A stretch of DNA of 64,000 nt from Macrostomum lignano (GCA_002269645.1 NIVC01000532.1:1-64000); one strand, 5' to 3'. Counted from the first letter of the stretch, positions 1-11,735 are shown. Numbers and translations are program-made. The notes: generated by a model not told the origin, from the letters alone.

Positions 1-2
1 GC

Positions 3-221
3 CATGGAGATGGACAACTGTTCAGCCTGAAGGAAAACAGAAGAGAGTACAGGAACAGGTGCAGTTTGCTGGTTCTTGGCATGGCCTGGCGTGCAGCTGC
101 AGACCTGACTAACATCCAGGAACCGATGCTTGATCACGGCCCACTGGAGTTTGAGAATTTAGTCCCATTTAGCAGTATTAAAGCAGCGGTACAACCTTTG
201 ATTGAGGCGGCTTATTTCTAG
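3..221 (+). CDS. Possible 3' end of an upstream coding exon (open frame truncated by the window edge)
   Basis: Frame 3 is open from base 3 to TAG at 219-221 (HGDGQLFSLKENRREYRNRCSLLVLGMAWRAAADLTNIQEPMLDHGPLEFENLVPFSSIKAAVQPLIEAAYF*). It reads as protein-like, but no family was recognised. Confidence 0.25.
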   Translation, partial: HGDGQLFSLKENRREYRNRCSLLVLGMAWRAAADLTNIQEPMLDHGPLEFENLVPFSSIKAAVQPLIEAAYF

Positions 222-356
222 GCATTAAATTTAGAACAGATGAAGAATTGCAATCTCTAGAGCGTTATGGACATTCATTCAAACATACAAACCTTAGAGA
301 TTTAGTATATTTAGATGACAAAGCGCTCAAGCACATGCTAATAATAATAACAATAA

Positions 357-397
357 ATGGCTACCGGTCTCAAGCCTCTGGGCTCTTCGTCAGGCCA
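357..397 (-). ncRNA. Degenerate minimal type I hammerhead ribozyme motif
   Basis: Minus strand reads UGGC CUGACGA A GAGCC caga GGCUU GAGA CCGG UA GCCA: stem I UGGC/GCCA, stem II GAGCC/GGCUU, palindromic stem III ACCGGU. The core has GAGA instead of GAAA. Confidence 0.55.
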
Positions 398-739
398 AAA
401 GTATAGTGCAATTCAAATTTGCCCTATAAGTAATGATTTGTCGGTATGATAAAATCGATGAGCGGCTGTGCATATGAGGGATGTACATCTAATAATCTGT
501 TTTATGTAGCTCTACCCAGTTATTTTAATCGACAGTATGTTTGGTGTATTAAAGGGGCTTTTTTCGAAGTACAACGACTAAATGAAATGCCGGTATTGAA
601 GTGGGAGCATAAAATACGAACGATAAGTGAGAGAGAGAGAGAGAGCGAGAGAGAGAGAGAGAGAGAGAGAGGGCACCTCCAATCTCAGGCACTGACACGG
701 TAACGGTAGAAAGGACTGAACAAAGTCAGTTTAATTGAA

Positions 740-781
740 TTGCCGATATTTCGAAATTATTATATTTCTTCGTCAGGGCAA
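740..781 (-). ncRNA. Minimal type I hammerhead ribozyme in the 3' region of the Penelope-like element
   Basis: Minus strand reads UUGCC CUGACGA A GAAAU auaaua AUUUC GAAA UA UC GGCAA: stem I 5 bp, stem II 5 bp, intact CUGANGA/GAAA core, short palindromic stem III (AUAU), AUC cleavage triplet (cut between 745 and 744). Confidence 0.75.
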
Positions 782-1376
782 GTGAAAAGTAGCGACAAGT
801 GGCGTTGTAAAAGTTATTAAATAGGCGGGGTTAGAGGGGAGAGAGTAGACAGGTGGATAGAGAGCGTACGGTAAGTATGTACACTTGGTGTGAGTCGATA
901 AAACACTATTAGAGTTGAAAATGCAAAATAAAAAACAGTGCACAAATAAAGTGAAACGCACGTGGGCTGCAGCGACCCTACACGCGAAATAAATATTGGA
1001 GCGGTGCAACTGCACTGGTGTCTCCAAGAGTGACTTGGAAAGAGTGACTTGGAAAGAGTGACTCCAAGCTCTTAAGAAAATGGACCTCAATAAATAAATG
1101 AATAAGGTGAAAAGGCCCTCAAAAACTGAAAAAAGAGCAATTGTCCGATAAGCAAAAGAGTAACAGTGAAAAGTGTAATAAAAAAGTACAGGGTGTCAAA
1201 AAACAATAGAAATGTAGATGCAGGATAAATGCTGAGAATATACAAAAGCTGACCTTGGACTAGCGATGAGAATAAAAAAATTTCTAAGAAATGAGCAATA
1301 AAAGGCTAGGTAGGTACAAGCACGGTCTGACAAAGCTAAGTAGCAAGGAAGGTAAAAAATCAAAAGAAAAAAATCA

Positions 1377-3353
1377 ATCAGTGGTGGACTCCAGTCGACT
1401 GGGACAGAGCAGCTGCCAGAGGTTCCGCCCTTTGGTGTAGGAGGGCAGCACCGGGGCCTCACAGTGCCGGGCCACGCGGTCCTTCACCGCGGCCACCAGG
1501 GCGTCCGAACTCGCACAATGGGGCAGGATCAGCGGGATGGCCGGGTTATGCAGCGTGTCGGCAAGCTCGTTGACGCCGTGCGGGGCTCGAGTCTTTAACA
1601 ACTCGATGAGCTTGGCCTCGTGGCGCTGCCGCCGCTCGTTTGCTCTGGGTCCCGTGCCGTCACGTGACCAGATGCCGGTGAAGGCGAAGTCCGCCAGACT
1701 GTGGCCATCACTGGTGAAATGGCGGGCCACCGGAGTGTAACGGGCGTGCCGGATGTCGCCGATGTGCGCCAGCATGCGGCCGCGGATGCTGTTAGCGGTC
1801 TCGCCTACGTAGACCGTGTGGTCGCACCGGCGGCAGAACACGGCGTAGACGGCGTTGGTGGCGTTGCAGTCGATCCGCTGACTGATGATGAGCTGGACTG
1901 TCGTGGCGCTGCTGATCCGGGGCAGAAGGAGGCGAACCTGGCGTGTGTCTGGCAGCACCTGCACAGCCGGGTCGGGTTGCACGCAGAAAGCCGAATTCCC
2001 ACCGTCTCGTCGGGTAGAAGCCCAGCTCCGTCAGCATCTCGTACTTAATCGTGCGCAGGAACCGCCGATTGTAGCCCTGGTGTTGCACCAGACTCGAAAA
2101 CAGCCCAGTGCACACTGCGTCAAAATCGGCCATCCGGAAACACCGCCGGGCGTATCTGAGGAGCTGGGACTTCACCACGCCCCGGAACGTCCGCTTCGGG
2201 TGGAAAGAGTCGCGGTGAATGAGCGTTCGGCTGTCAGTCGGCTTGAAATTCACCTTAGTTGCCAAGCGCTTAACGTCGCCCTCGCGGACCCAGAAGACGG
2301 TGGTGTCCAAAAAGGCCACCTCCGTGCTGCTGTAGTTGAGTTGCAGTCTAATATTCGGGTCAAGGTCATCAAGGAGTCCGTGGAAGCGGATCAATTCGTC
2401 TTCCGTCCCGCGCCACACGCCGAAGATATCATCAATGTAGCGGAGCCACAGGGCGGGTTTCTGCGGGCTGACCGCCAGGCCGTGCTGCTCCCAGTAGCCC
2501 ATGTAAATGTTGCTGTAGCTGGGCGCAAACGACTTTCCCATGGCCGTGCCTTTGACCTGCAGGAAGTATAGCTGCCATTAAATCCGAAGTCGTTGCGCTC
2601 CAGGTTCAGCTTGAGCAGACTGAGGAGGCTGGCATCCGGGCGCTGGTTGTCCGGGTGCTCCCTAAATGCTCTCCGCACGCACTCGAGGCCGGCTTTCTGT
2701 CGGGATGTTGGTGTACAGGCTGGCGACGTCCATGGTGAACAGGAAGGACTCCTCGGACGCCGCGCACAGGCGATCCCGCGGATGGCGGCCTGGAAGTGGT
2801 CAGTGTCCCTGATGAAGCTGGGCAGCTGGATGACGATCGGCTGCAGGAAGCTGTCGATGAAGCGGCCGCTGGCGTAAGACTCGCTGTCCACGTCAGACAC
2901 GATGGGCCGGCCCGGAGGAATGTCGCCGAGCGGCCACGACTCGACGGGCTTGTGGATCTTCGGCAGGATGTAGAAGCACCGCGTGCGGAACCCCTCCTTC
3001 GGGCAGAAGGCGTTGAACTGGCGCCGATCGATGATCCTTCGGTCCAGCAGCGATCTGAAGACGCCGCGGATCATCTGGGCTGTGAAGCGGCTGATCGGTG
3101 CGCTCAGAGGTCGGTAAAACAGCGGGTCTTCCAGCTGACGCAGGCATTCACGGACATAGTCCTGCCGGTCCAGGATGACCAGCTGGCTGCCCTTGTCGGC
3201 CGGCTTGATGACGATGGACTTGTCTGCCCGCAGATCTCGCAGTGCCTTTGCCTCCGCCTGGCTGATGTTTGGAGCGTTCCTGCAGTCCCGGATGTTCTCC
3301 CTGACGTCGTCCAGCTCCACCAGAGCGGCTTGAATTTCGGGCCGGAGGCCCGC
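1377..3353 (-). pseudogene. Penelope RT + GIY-YIG endonuclease reading frame broken by about 5 frameshifts
   Basis: Spread over ORFs 2391-3320, 1792-2541, 1805-2002 and 1374-1982, with frame changes near 2755, 2697, 2567, 2000 and 1935. Confidence 0.85.
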
Positions 3354-3890
3354 TCAGTTTTTTGGAAGGTCGCCCGCCGTCTCCAGGGCGACGGCGAACG
3401 CCCCATCAGCAGACTGTCGCTCCAGGCTGATCTGGTCCCGTCGGAATGCCAGGTCCTTGGTGTCCAGCAAGATCAGGCTGACAGATCGGTAGCTGCTCAG
3501 GAGCTGGTTCGTCTTGCGACAGTTATTCTTCTGGAGCGCCGGCGCATCGGGTGGGCACACGGTCTGCACCACCCAGATTGACGCACCGGGGAAAGCCTTC
3601 CTGATGTTGGTCAGGCTCATCTTCCAGAGCTTGGCGATGGAGAAGTCGAAGCTCTCACGGTGGAGGTCGTTGTTGCCGGCCCAGACGATGACGCGGCCCG
3701 TGTCGGGACTCGCATTCTCCACCTTGCTGATGTTCTTCAGGTAGTCCAGCGTGAGGCCCGGGAAGCAGTGCACCTCCAGGTCTGGCGAGGCCAGCTTCAC
3801 GAATTCCACGTTTTGGTCAGCGATCACCAGGGTGGGCTTCTGCTTCGACCTCAGCTTCCAGTGCTTCTTGGCTCCGTGGTGGTAGATGAT
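3354..3890 (-). CDS. SGNH-hydrolase/esterase-like domain upstream of the Penelope RT
   Basis: ORF 3354-3926: LVIADQNV (block I-like, GDS replaced by ADQ), VHCFPG (block II), VWAGNND (block III GxND), FRRDQISL (block V-like DxxH without His). Confidence 0.65.
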   Translation of the reverse strand: MIYHHGAKKHWKLRSKQKPTLVIADQNVEFVKLASPDLEVHCFPGLTLDYLKNISKVENASPDTGRVIVWAGNNDLHRESFDFSIAKLWKMSLTNIRKAFPGASIWVVQTVCPPDAPALQKNNCRKTNQLLSSYRSVSLILLDTKDLAFRRDQISLERQSADGAFAVALETAGDLPKN

Positions 3891-3985
3891 ATGCATATGA
3901 GGGATGTACATATGAGGGATGTACATCTAATAATCAGTTTTATCTAGCTCTACCCAGCTATTTTAATCGACAGTATATTTGGTGT

Positions 3986-4285
<300 letters not shown>

Positions 4286-4759
4286 ACACATCTCAGAGAC
4301 ACATTACCTTTCATTCTCAACCAATACACATGAATTCAGGGATAATGTTGCCCGACAAAAACTTGGCGACTTTCGAGTCGCAGCAGCCCGAGTTTTCGAG
4401 TTTCGAATGACAATTTTTCTTCCCCTTAAAAGAATGCAAAAATTATGCCTATTAAGCAGAATTAGGGTTGATTTCCGGCTGTTTTTCTCAGAGAAATGCG
4501 CGCGGCCCTGTCCATTTATTATCTGATGCAATGAAGCGCAATGCTGGAGTTCTTAGACCAAAGCAGGATATCAGATGGTATTTTAATCACTTATTTGCGC
4601 TGTCACGGGGCATTAGCTGGCTCAGCGGTTGTCTCTGCTGACCCTGTTGTTTTGTACTTTAGAAGCCACAGAAATTCTCAGAAATTTTTATACCCTCAAA
4701 TCTTTGTTCTGACACTAAAGTTTCTACTCTCCTACTGCAGATAATTTACTAGGTAGCGA

Positions 4760-5690
4760 GAAGACTCTGAGTAGGGAAGAGTAGACTTTGAGTATCTGGG
4801 AGATTAGCCTCTGAGTAGGGAATAGTAGACTCTGAGAAGGGAAGAGTAGACTCTGAATATCTGAGAGAGTAGACTCTGAGTAGGAAAAAGTAGACTCTGA
4901 GTAGGGAAGAGTAGACTCTGAGTATGGAAGAGTAGAATCTGAGTAGGGAAGAGTAGACTCTGAGTAGGGAAGAGTAGACTCTGAGTATCTGGGAGAGTTA
5001 GCCTCTGAGTATGGAAGAGTAGACTCTGAGTAGGAAAGAGTAGACTCTGAGTAGGGAAAAGTAGACTCTGAGTATCTGAGAGAGTAGACTCTGAGTAGGA
5101 AAGAGTAGACTCTGAGTAGGGAAGAGTAGACTCTGAGTAGGGAAGAGTAGACTCTGAGTAGGGAAGAGTAGACTCTGAGTAGGGAAGAGTAGACTCTGAG
5201 TAGGCAAGAGTAGACTCTGAGTAGGGAAGAGTAGACTCTGAGTAGGGAAGAGTAGACTCTGAGTAGGGAAAAGTAGACTCTGAGTATCTGAGAGAGTAGA
5301 CTCTGAGTAGGAAAGAGTAGACTCTGAGTAGGGAAGAGTAGACTCTGAGTAGGGAAGAGTAGACTCTGAGTAGGGAAGAGTAGACTCTGAGTAGGCAAGA
5401 GTAGACTCTGAGTAGGGAAGAGTAGACTCTGAGTAGGGAAGAGTAGACTCTGAGTAGGGAAGAGTAGACTCTGAGTAGGGAAGAGTAGACTCTGAGTATC
5501 TGGGAGAGTAGACTCTAAGTATCTGGGAGAGTAGACTCTTGAGTATCTGTGGAGAGCAAAGTCTGAGTAGGGAAGTTTAGACTTTAAGTTGTCCCACTCC
5601 GAAAAATGTGGGAGAGTAGACTCTAAGTAGGGAAGAGTAGACTCTGAGTATGTGGGAGAGTAGACTCCGAGTAAGAGTAGGGATGAGTAT
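4760..5690. repeat. 21-bp minisatellite with 23-bp variants
   Basis: Unit gactctgagtagggaagagta; it accounts for the repetitive ORFs 4724-5398 and 4998-5207. Confidence 0.97.
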
Positions 5691-6239
5691 GTCTTTTCTA
5701 TACAATGTTTTAGCCTGTTGTTCTAGGTGTAAAATACTAAAGATGGAATGCGAGTTGGGTTAATGAAGGACTCAGTCTCTCTATTGACTCCGATTGGCTG
5801 CAAACACAGCACGGACCTGTAAGCCTACAGAGTGAACAAAGTTATAGTGTTAGAATATTTGCCCACCTGTCCCAAACCAGGAGATGGAGAGGCCCAGAAT
5901 CGAGTCATAAATCTCTGCTGGCATGCAAATCGCCCCCTCTCCTTCGAACTTGACCAGCACTTGACTTGACAGCCAAAACCTACGCTGGACTCCACCTCAA
6001 TAATCGATTCCAGTCTGCCCAGCCAATGAGTCTGCCCTGCCCAGACACTTCAGCGGCGGCGGCGGCGGTGGCGGCGGCGGCTGAGGCTGCCGACCAGCTG
6101 ACGACAGCGAGGGTGGTTACGCCATCAAGCAGCACCGGAGGGAGCAGAGAAGCCTGTCGAGGAGAAACGAATCGACAACTCAACAGATGAATTCGAAGTC
6201 TCAGGAGACACCTGATGGTGTGGTGAGTCATTACAAGTT

Positions 6240-7154
6240 GGATCTTTGTGAATATTAACAGTTGAAATCTCTAGAATGTAGGCTTACAATGCTAGCTACA
6301 ATATTTAAGAGAGAAACATTCAAGATGTTGCTTTCAGAAACACAAGTGTTCTAAAAAATCTTCCCATAGTACCAATACATCAACAATTTGAGACCGCACG
6401 GGATGACTTGCCATTCATCGTTATACTGAAAGACTTTCTGGACTTTCAATGCGAAAAATTCGAAATGGAAGGCTGTCTTGAGTACAGAATACCAATATTT
6501 ACCATCAAAAGCATTTTGATGAGAAGCGGCTGCGACGAAATGCTGCTTCCAATGTTGAATTCTTAGACTTGACAGCAATTACCTGGCGTTTCAGCCTCGT
6601 CACTTGACTTCTAGCAACATCCAGCTTCCGATTCAGTTCTTGCCTTGTTGCAGGCTTTCTTCCTCTTGGTTGAGGATCGTGAAACGTAGCAGAAGCAAGG
6701 GTCTGGACGTACCGACACGCTTCGAACTAACGGTGGCTTTCGTTGTCGTTCAACAGGAGCGTCCTTGTAAAGGTTCAACGCAGGATATGCACTGCTTAAA
6801 GGCCCGTTCCCGGCTCGTGACGTTGATTTGGGCAGGTGTACATATCGTCCCTGAAGTGTAAACTGCACACAACCGCTCTCTTCCATTTGTGTTCGTTTGC
6901 TTTTCCCAGAAGGTCTGCTTGAGACAATCGGCTAGCCCAGTCTTCGCAGCTGAAAGATGTAAGAGAGTTTGAACGCTGAAGCGATCCTAAAATCGAATAA
7001 GAAAACTCACACTACCGGAACCAACATGTGTTCTCTGAACTACATACCTTGCACTATCTCTAGAAGGAAATGCATGAAATCGCGTCAAAAGCGGGCACTT
7101 GTAGGCATAGGAATTGCAGCCATAAGCTGCGCACTGGGCTCGAGATATTGTCAT
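6240..7154 (-). pseudogene. Spliced THAP-domain ORF relic, probably a decayed P-element/Galileo-like transposase 5' end
   Basis: Exon 1 7154-7048 MTISRAQCAAYGCNSYAYKCPLLTRFHAFPSRDSA; 98-nt intron 7047-6950 (GTATGT...TTTCAG); exon 2 SCEDWASRLSQADLLGKANEHKWKRAVVCSLHFRDDMY; frameshift near 6800 then SAYPALNL (AVP-box-like). This gives the C2CH THAP signature, followed by a coiled-coil-like LNRKLDVARSQVTRLKRQV in another frame with stops. Confidence 0.75.
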
Positions 7155-7685
7155 GATAACGCTACACTACTTTTCGCCGCAGAATAAAAGAATGTTCGTT
7201 GATCTACGTCGTTTGATTACTAAAAAACAAAAATCACAAGCCCATGCGAGTGATATTACGAGCTTATAACAACCTCAGCAGGTGGATTATAAATGATTGT
7301 GCAGCTGGACGTCCTGCCATGACTTGCGAAATATTGTATATCTTAAGCAATTCTAGGTTGGGAAATCTTGAGCAGTGTAAAAGATTGCTGCCTTCACCCC
7401 TCACTAAAACTTGCCCGAAAGTGTCTATGGCCTTTTAGCATGACGTGGCATGACAAGTCAGCACGAATTTAAACCCTCCGTGACACGTTGGCGCGTATTC
7501 AAAAGTAAAAATAATTACGCGAAACAAACTACAACATTGCCATCTATGGTGATTCTTCTCCATACTACTTTCCCACAGCTTCACAGTAAGAGTAGCAAAA
7601 AGGGAAAAAAATTGCATTGAGATTTTTTCTTCAGGGTGGCTGAATGAGCATTCCGTGATATTCTGTGGTCTTGAGAGTAGCTCTC

Positions 7686-7975
7686 TGTCGTAGCCTAGTG
7701 GTCTGGCGTGGCGCTTTGATGTACCAGCGGCCAAGGCTCGATTCCAAGTGCAGTCACATTAATTTGGGGCTAAATTGAAATCTCAGCTTGGCTCTGTTCG
7801 TGCAATTAACGCCCCTGGGAGGGACCCCCAAGGCACAGTGAAGTGTACATGCCTAACGATAAATAGAGTTAGGGGCGCTGTACAGTCCTGTGTGTGTGCC
7901 TTGCTTACGAGCGTGTGACTGCGTGCGTATCACACAGCGGTGCACACAGCCCCCTGCCTCTAACTAAAAAAGCTC
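7686..7975 (+). mobile_element. tRNA-derived SINE (family A)
   Basis: A-box TAGCCTAGTGG at 7691 and B-box GGCTCGATTCC at 7735. The body motif cccaaggcac..agtgtac.tgcct.acgat is shared with the inverted copy at 15787-15968. Confidence 0.6.
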
Positions 7976-8033
7976 TAGGCAGAGATCTTCCAGACGCTGA
8001 TGCTCTTCTGAGCTCTTTTAAACTCTAAACACG

Positions 8034-11000
8034 GTGGTAATTATTCGGGTGATTCCAGCAGATCCATTCACTCGCACCAACTCTCAGCAGTGCCAGCAGC
8101 AGTTCAACGAGTTTCACCAGCTTAAAAGTCAGCAAGCTCTGTTCCAAGCGTTTGCAAAGCACACCACAGCTCATGGCGTTGGACACCTGGCCTCCAGCGG
8201 CATCAGGCGAGCTGTGTGGACCTGCATCCTTCTGATGGCAACCGCTGGCTTTCTGGTGCACTTCAGTGAACTCGTCTCACGGTATCTGCAGTACCCGATC
8301 AACACCGAGATTGACGAGGAGGGGGCGGATTTTGAGATGCCGGATGTGACCCTGTGCCCGAATGACTACGCCAGTCACTACTATGCGGTGAGAATCATGC
8401 ATGAATTCGATTCTATTTATTGTACAAGCTGCTCGTCACTCAGTGCTTTAAAGCATTCCAGGAGGCGTCGTGGCGGTTGGTCCCTAATGGGCACGAGCCT
8501 TGCGTTAAGTTTTCCCACGAGTCCCAAATTGGCAGAATCTGACACTTTTCCGCTTTGCTACTCTACCCCATAATAGTTGAGAACTGTATCTAATTCTTTA
8601 GAGCTCTTTCAGTCAGCTATTATTTAACGAAGTATTGTATGTGAAAAAGGACTAGTGTGGATGCTGACAGCACTATGGACAGTTCCGGAGTGAGTTACCC
8701 TTATGGCTAGGGAGGGTGCGGCTGCAACTACGTCAACTTTTAGGTCATGCGATCCGTACTGATGTTACTCGTAATTATTTATTGATTCGTGATGAGAATA
8801 GCATCTCAGGAATTCTATGCAAGAGTTTATATTGCAGGGCCCATTTCGGACGAAGCAATCGGACGATGTTTTTTGACCAACCAGTTGTGGATAAATGTGT
8901 CCAAATAATGACCTCTGACCGCTCCAGAACGTCAACATTGCCAACGAGTTCGGCACGAACCGGACACTGTACGAAATTCCATTCGACGTGGCCCGAGTTT
9001 GGCACCTATTGAAGAATCAGACAACCGACATGCCCTGCATCCGTACAGCAGTTACTGGGACGCCAGACTGTCACTGAAACAGGTGGCCTACAGGTGAGTT
9101 AGCGGCTCTGATAGACGATATAAACATTCATGTGCTCGTACACATGCTGAATGTAAGCTGCACACGCCCTCCAGGAACGAGTCGTTCACCTCTGTTCATG
9201 AAATTATCGTGTACTGCCGGTACAACTCCATACCGTGCAACTATCGCAACTTCACCGTCTACAAGGACAGCACGCTGTTTCTCTGCTTCACCTTCAAACC
9301 GGAGAGTCGACGACTGGTCCGCAGCGGCTCTGGTGGCGGTCTGAGTCTGGTGCTGTACAACTCAGCAGATAGTTTCTTGACTGAACGGGAGCAGCTGTTC
9401 CACCTGCCGGGGTTTTTAGTCTCTGTACATCCAGCCGGCACTGTGGCCGACTTTGAGAAGTCCGCATTTCTGGCTCCTCTGCGTCACGTGACCGTTGCCG
9501 AGCTGCGTATGCGGCACAACTACAAGGTCCGAATAAGTCTATAGTTCAAATGATAACTTAATTTATTTTACGTGGATAATAATTGATCTAAATAAATTAA
9601 GGCCATAAACATAGATCCAAGGCCATAAACTTTGATCTAAGGCTATAGACATGGATTCAAGGCCATAGACATGAATCCAAGGCTATAGACATGGATTCAA
9701 GGCCATAGACATAAATCCAAGGCCATAGACATGGATTCAAGGCCATATACATGAATCCAAGGCCATAGACATGGATTCAAGGCCATAGACATGAATCCAA
9801 GGCCATAGACATAGATTCAAGGGCATAGACAGGTTCAAGGCCATAGACATCGATCCAAGGACATACCGGTAGACATGGATTCAAGGCCATAGACGAGCTT
9901 GGGGACGTTTAACCGGAGCATATGGGTAAGATTTGTGAGATCAATTCAGGCCAAAAGGCAAGTCCCACAGTAAGTCACAGTTTGTTGCACCCATAAAGTG
10001 AACCCGTAAATCTTCCTAGACAGAAGCCAAAGAGTACTTTGAAGTTTTTTTAAGGTGGTGAAATCATTGTGACGCAAAAACTCTGCAGGTCGATCGCACT
10101 GACCAGCCGTGCACAGCGTCGAGGCCTCCTGCTAATTATGTAACAGATTTCTCGCGACCCTGGGAACCAGCGAAGACTCAGCAGTTTGGCACCACCCAGG
10201 AGGACTGCCTCCAGCGTGTCAGACAGGCCGAGTTTGTTGCTCAGTGCAACTGCTTCGCCGATCACATTTTGGTGACGAAGGACGTCTTCGATCGGGTCAG
10301 GCCGTGCCACGAACTGCCCGAGGAAGTGTTCTTCAGGTCTGTGGCCCAGCGGTGGCTTTTTATATAATGTCTTCATTTTGCTTCGATATGATACAAGTAG
10401 ACTTCTGTATTTAAATTCCAGGGACATTTATGTAGCCTTCTCAGCGTCAGAGCACTCCGCCTGGTTCTACTACACAATTAGCAACGCGTCCGGCATCTAC
10501 GTCAGACTGGACGACTTCATCTTCCGCGAGCATTGGTCCGAATTCAAACGGCCACGGGCCAACATCCGCTGCTTCTACGACGTCAAGAATCGGCAAGACA
10601 CCATCGGAATTGAGTGAGACGGGGCAGCGTTTATATATTTTTATAAGAACGGGACCTAAACAAGGCGTAGAAATATTAGAAATTCTCTTAGTCTACTTAG
10701 AAAGTAGTATGAAGAGTAGCATTTTAACTGCCTTATCTGATGCCGAATCGGTTCACGGTCTTTTGTTACTTTATTGTCCAAAGTCTATACGACTACGAGC
10801 GTATTCTTTAGTGTGTACAATTGAAAAAAAATAAGGTGCAAAAGTTAAAAATCTGATAACTAAACGTATTCCCTAACAGAGCGTCCAGCTGCTATGAAGA
10901 GTGCATACAGAAAAAGTACACATTCGCCACCGTCTCCTATGGTTGGCCATCGAACCGATCGTTGTGGTCGACAACCACAGGCTCCCCACTGGAAGCTGTC

Positions 11001-11735
11001 CGGCTCTACATCAAACAGCGGCTAGACGAGTTGAATTCGCCCGTTTGGCGGAAGGCGCTGGAAAATTTAAACAACGAACTGAATGAAAACTACGCAGTGC
11101 TGGACATTCACCCGCCATCGATCCGGAGCTCCGTCTATAGGGAAGACTTCGCCTTCCCGTTGAGAAATCTGTTCAGCGACTTTGGAGGCATTCTGGGTAA
11201 GCGGGTCGAATGGTTTGAGACTTGAGATATCAGAGAAAAAACAACCAAAATCTAAAAAGTTTCGAGGATGTAACGAAACGATGAACCGCAACCTCTATTC
11301 CAATATCGTCAAGGCCTCTGGATCGGCATCAGCGTCATTACGGTCGTAGAGTTCCTCGAATACGCCGCTCTGTCGTTCTGGTTGCTACGGAAGCGGCTGC
11401 GACAGTTGCGCCAGGAGCGCCGACAGCGCAACGGAAGCCAGACGTCGCGAATGCGACAGCCGGAGATTGCGATCGTTTCTACCGCGCTGGACTATCGCAG
11501 TCAGTTTCAGCAGCAGCAGCAGCAGCAGCAGCAGAAATGGACATTCGGAACCGATTGCGAAACTAAGGAGGAGAGGAAGAGGACCAATTTTAGCACAGTC
11601 TACGTCGATCTTTTCCCGAGGCGGAACTCGGTGGAGCAAGACGCCACTGCTTGTGATGCCCAAGCTAAAGGGGATTCATCCTTGAATGCAATCCAGCACA
11701 AGGAAGCGTGGATACAGAAGCTGTTTGGCATCTGA
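8034..11735 (+). CDS. DEG/ENaC (ASIC/FaNaC-like) amiloride-sensitive channel subunit, multi-exon; start codon uncertain
   Basis: Exons at about 8059-8387 (FAKHTTAHG pre-TM1 HG motif, TM1, YP..T, F.MPDVTLCP), 8602-8689, 8928-9093, 9175-9526 (CRYNSIPC..NF..LCFTF, GLSLVL, GFLVSVH), 10089-10336, 10422-10613, 10880-11196 (CYEEC..Y..WPS, LFSDFGGILG) and 11314-11735 (GLWIGISVITVVEFLE TM2, poly-Q tail). Splice phases match if single-base frameshifts near 8646 and 9030 are assumed. Confidence 0.9.
9598..9890. repeat. 20-bp minisatellite in a DEG/ENaC intron
   Basis: Unit aaggccatagacatggattc / aaggccatagacatgaatcc, about 14 copies. Confidence 0.95.

Noticed and set aside
1537-3947. Plus-strand ORFs overlapping the Penelope element (e.g. 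1885-2571, 2796-3581)
   Set aside because: Antisense shadows of GC-rich coding sequence with no recognisable motifs.
5966-6231. (GGC)n-containing segment with a GTGAGT donor at about 6223 as a possible first exon of the DEG/ENaC gene
   Set aside because: The only ATG-initiated frame ends in phase 0, but the acceptor at 8058 needs phase 1; no support without cDNA.
7686-7750. tRNA gene
   Set aside because: A and B boxes are present but there is no complete cloverleaf or acceptor stem; it continues into a SINE body.
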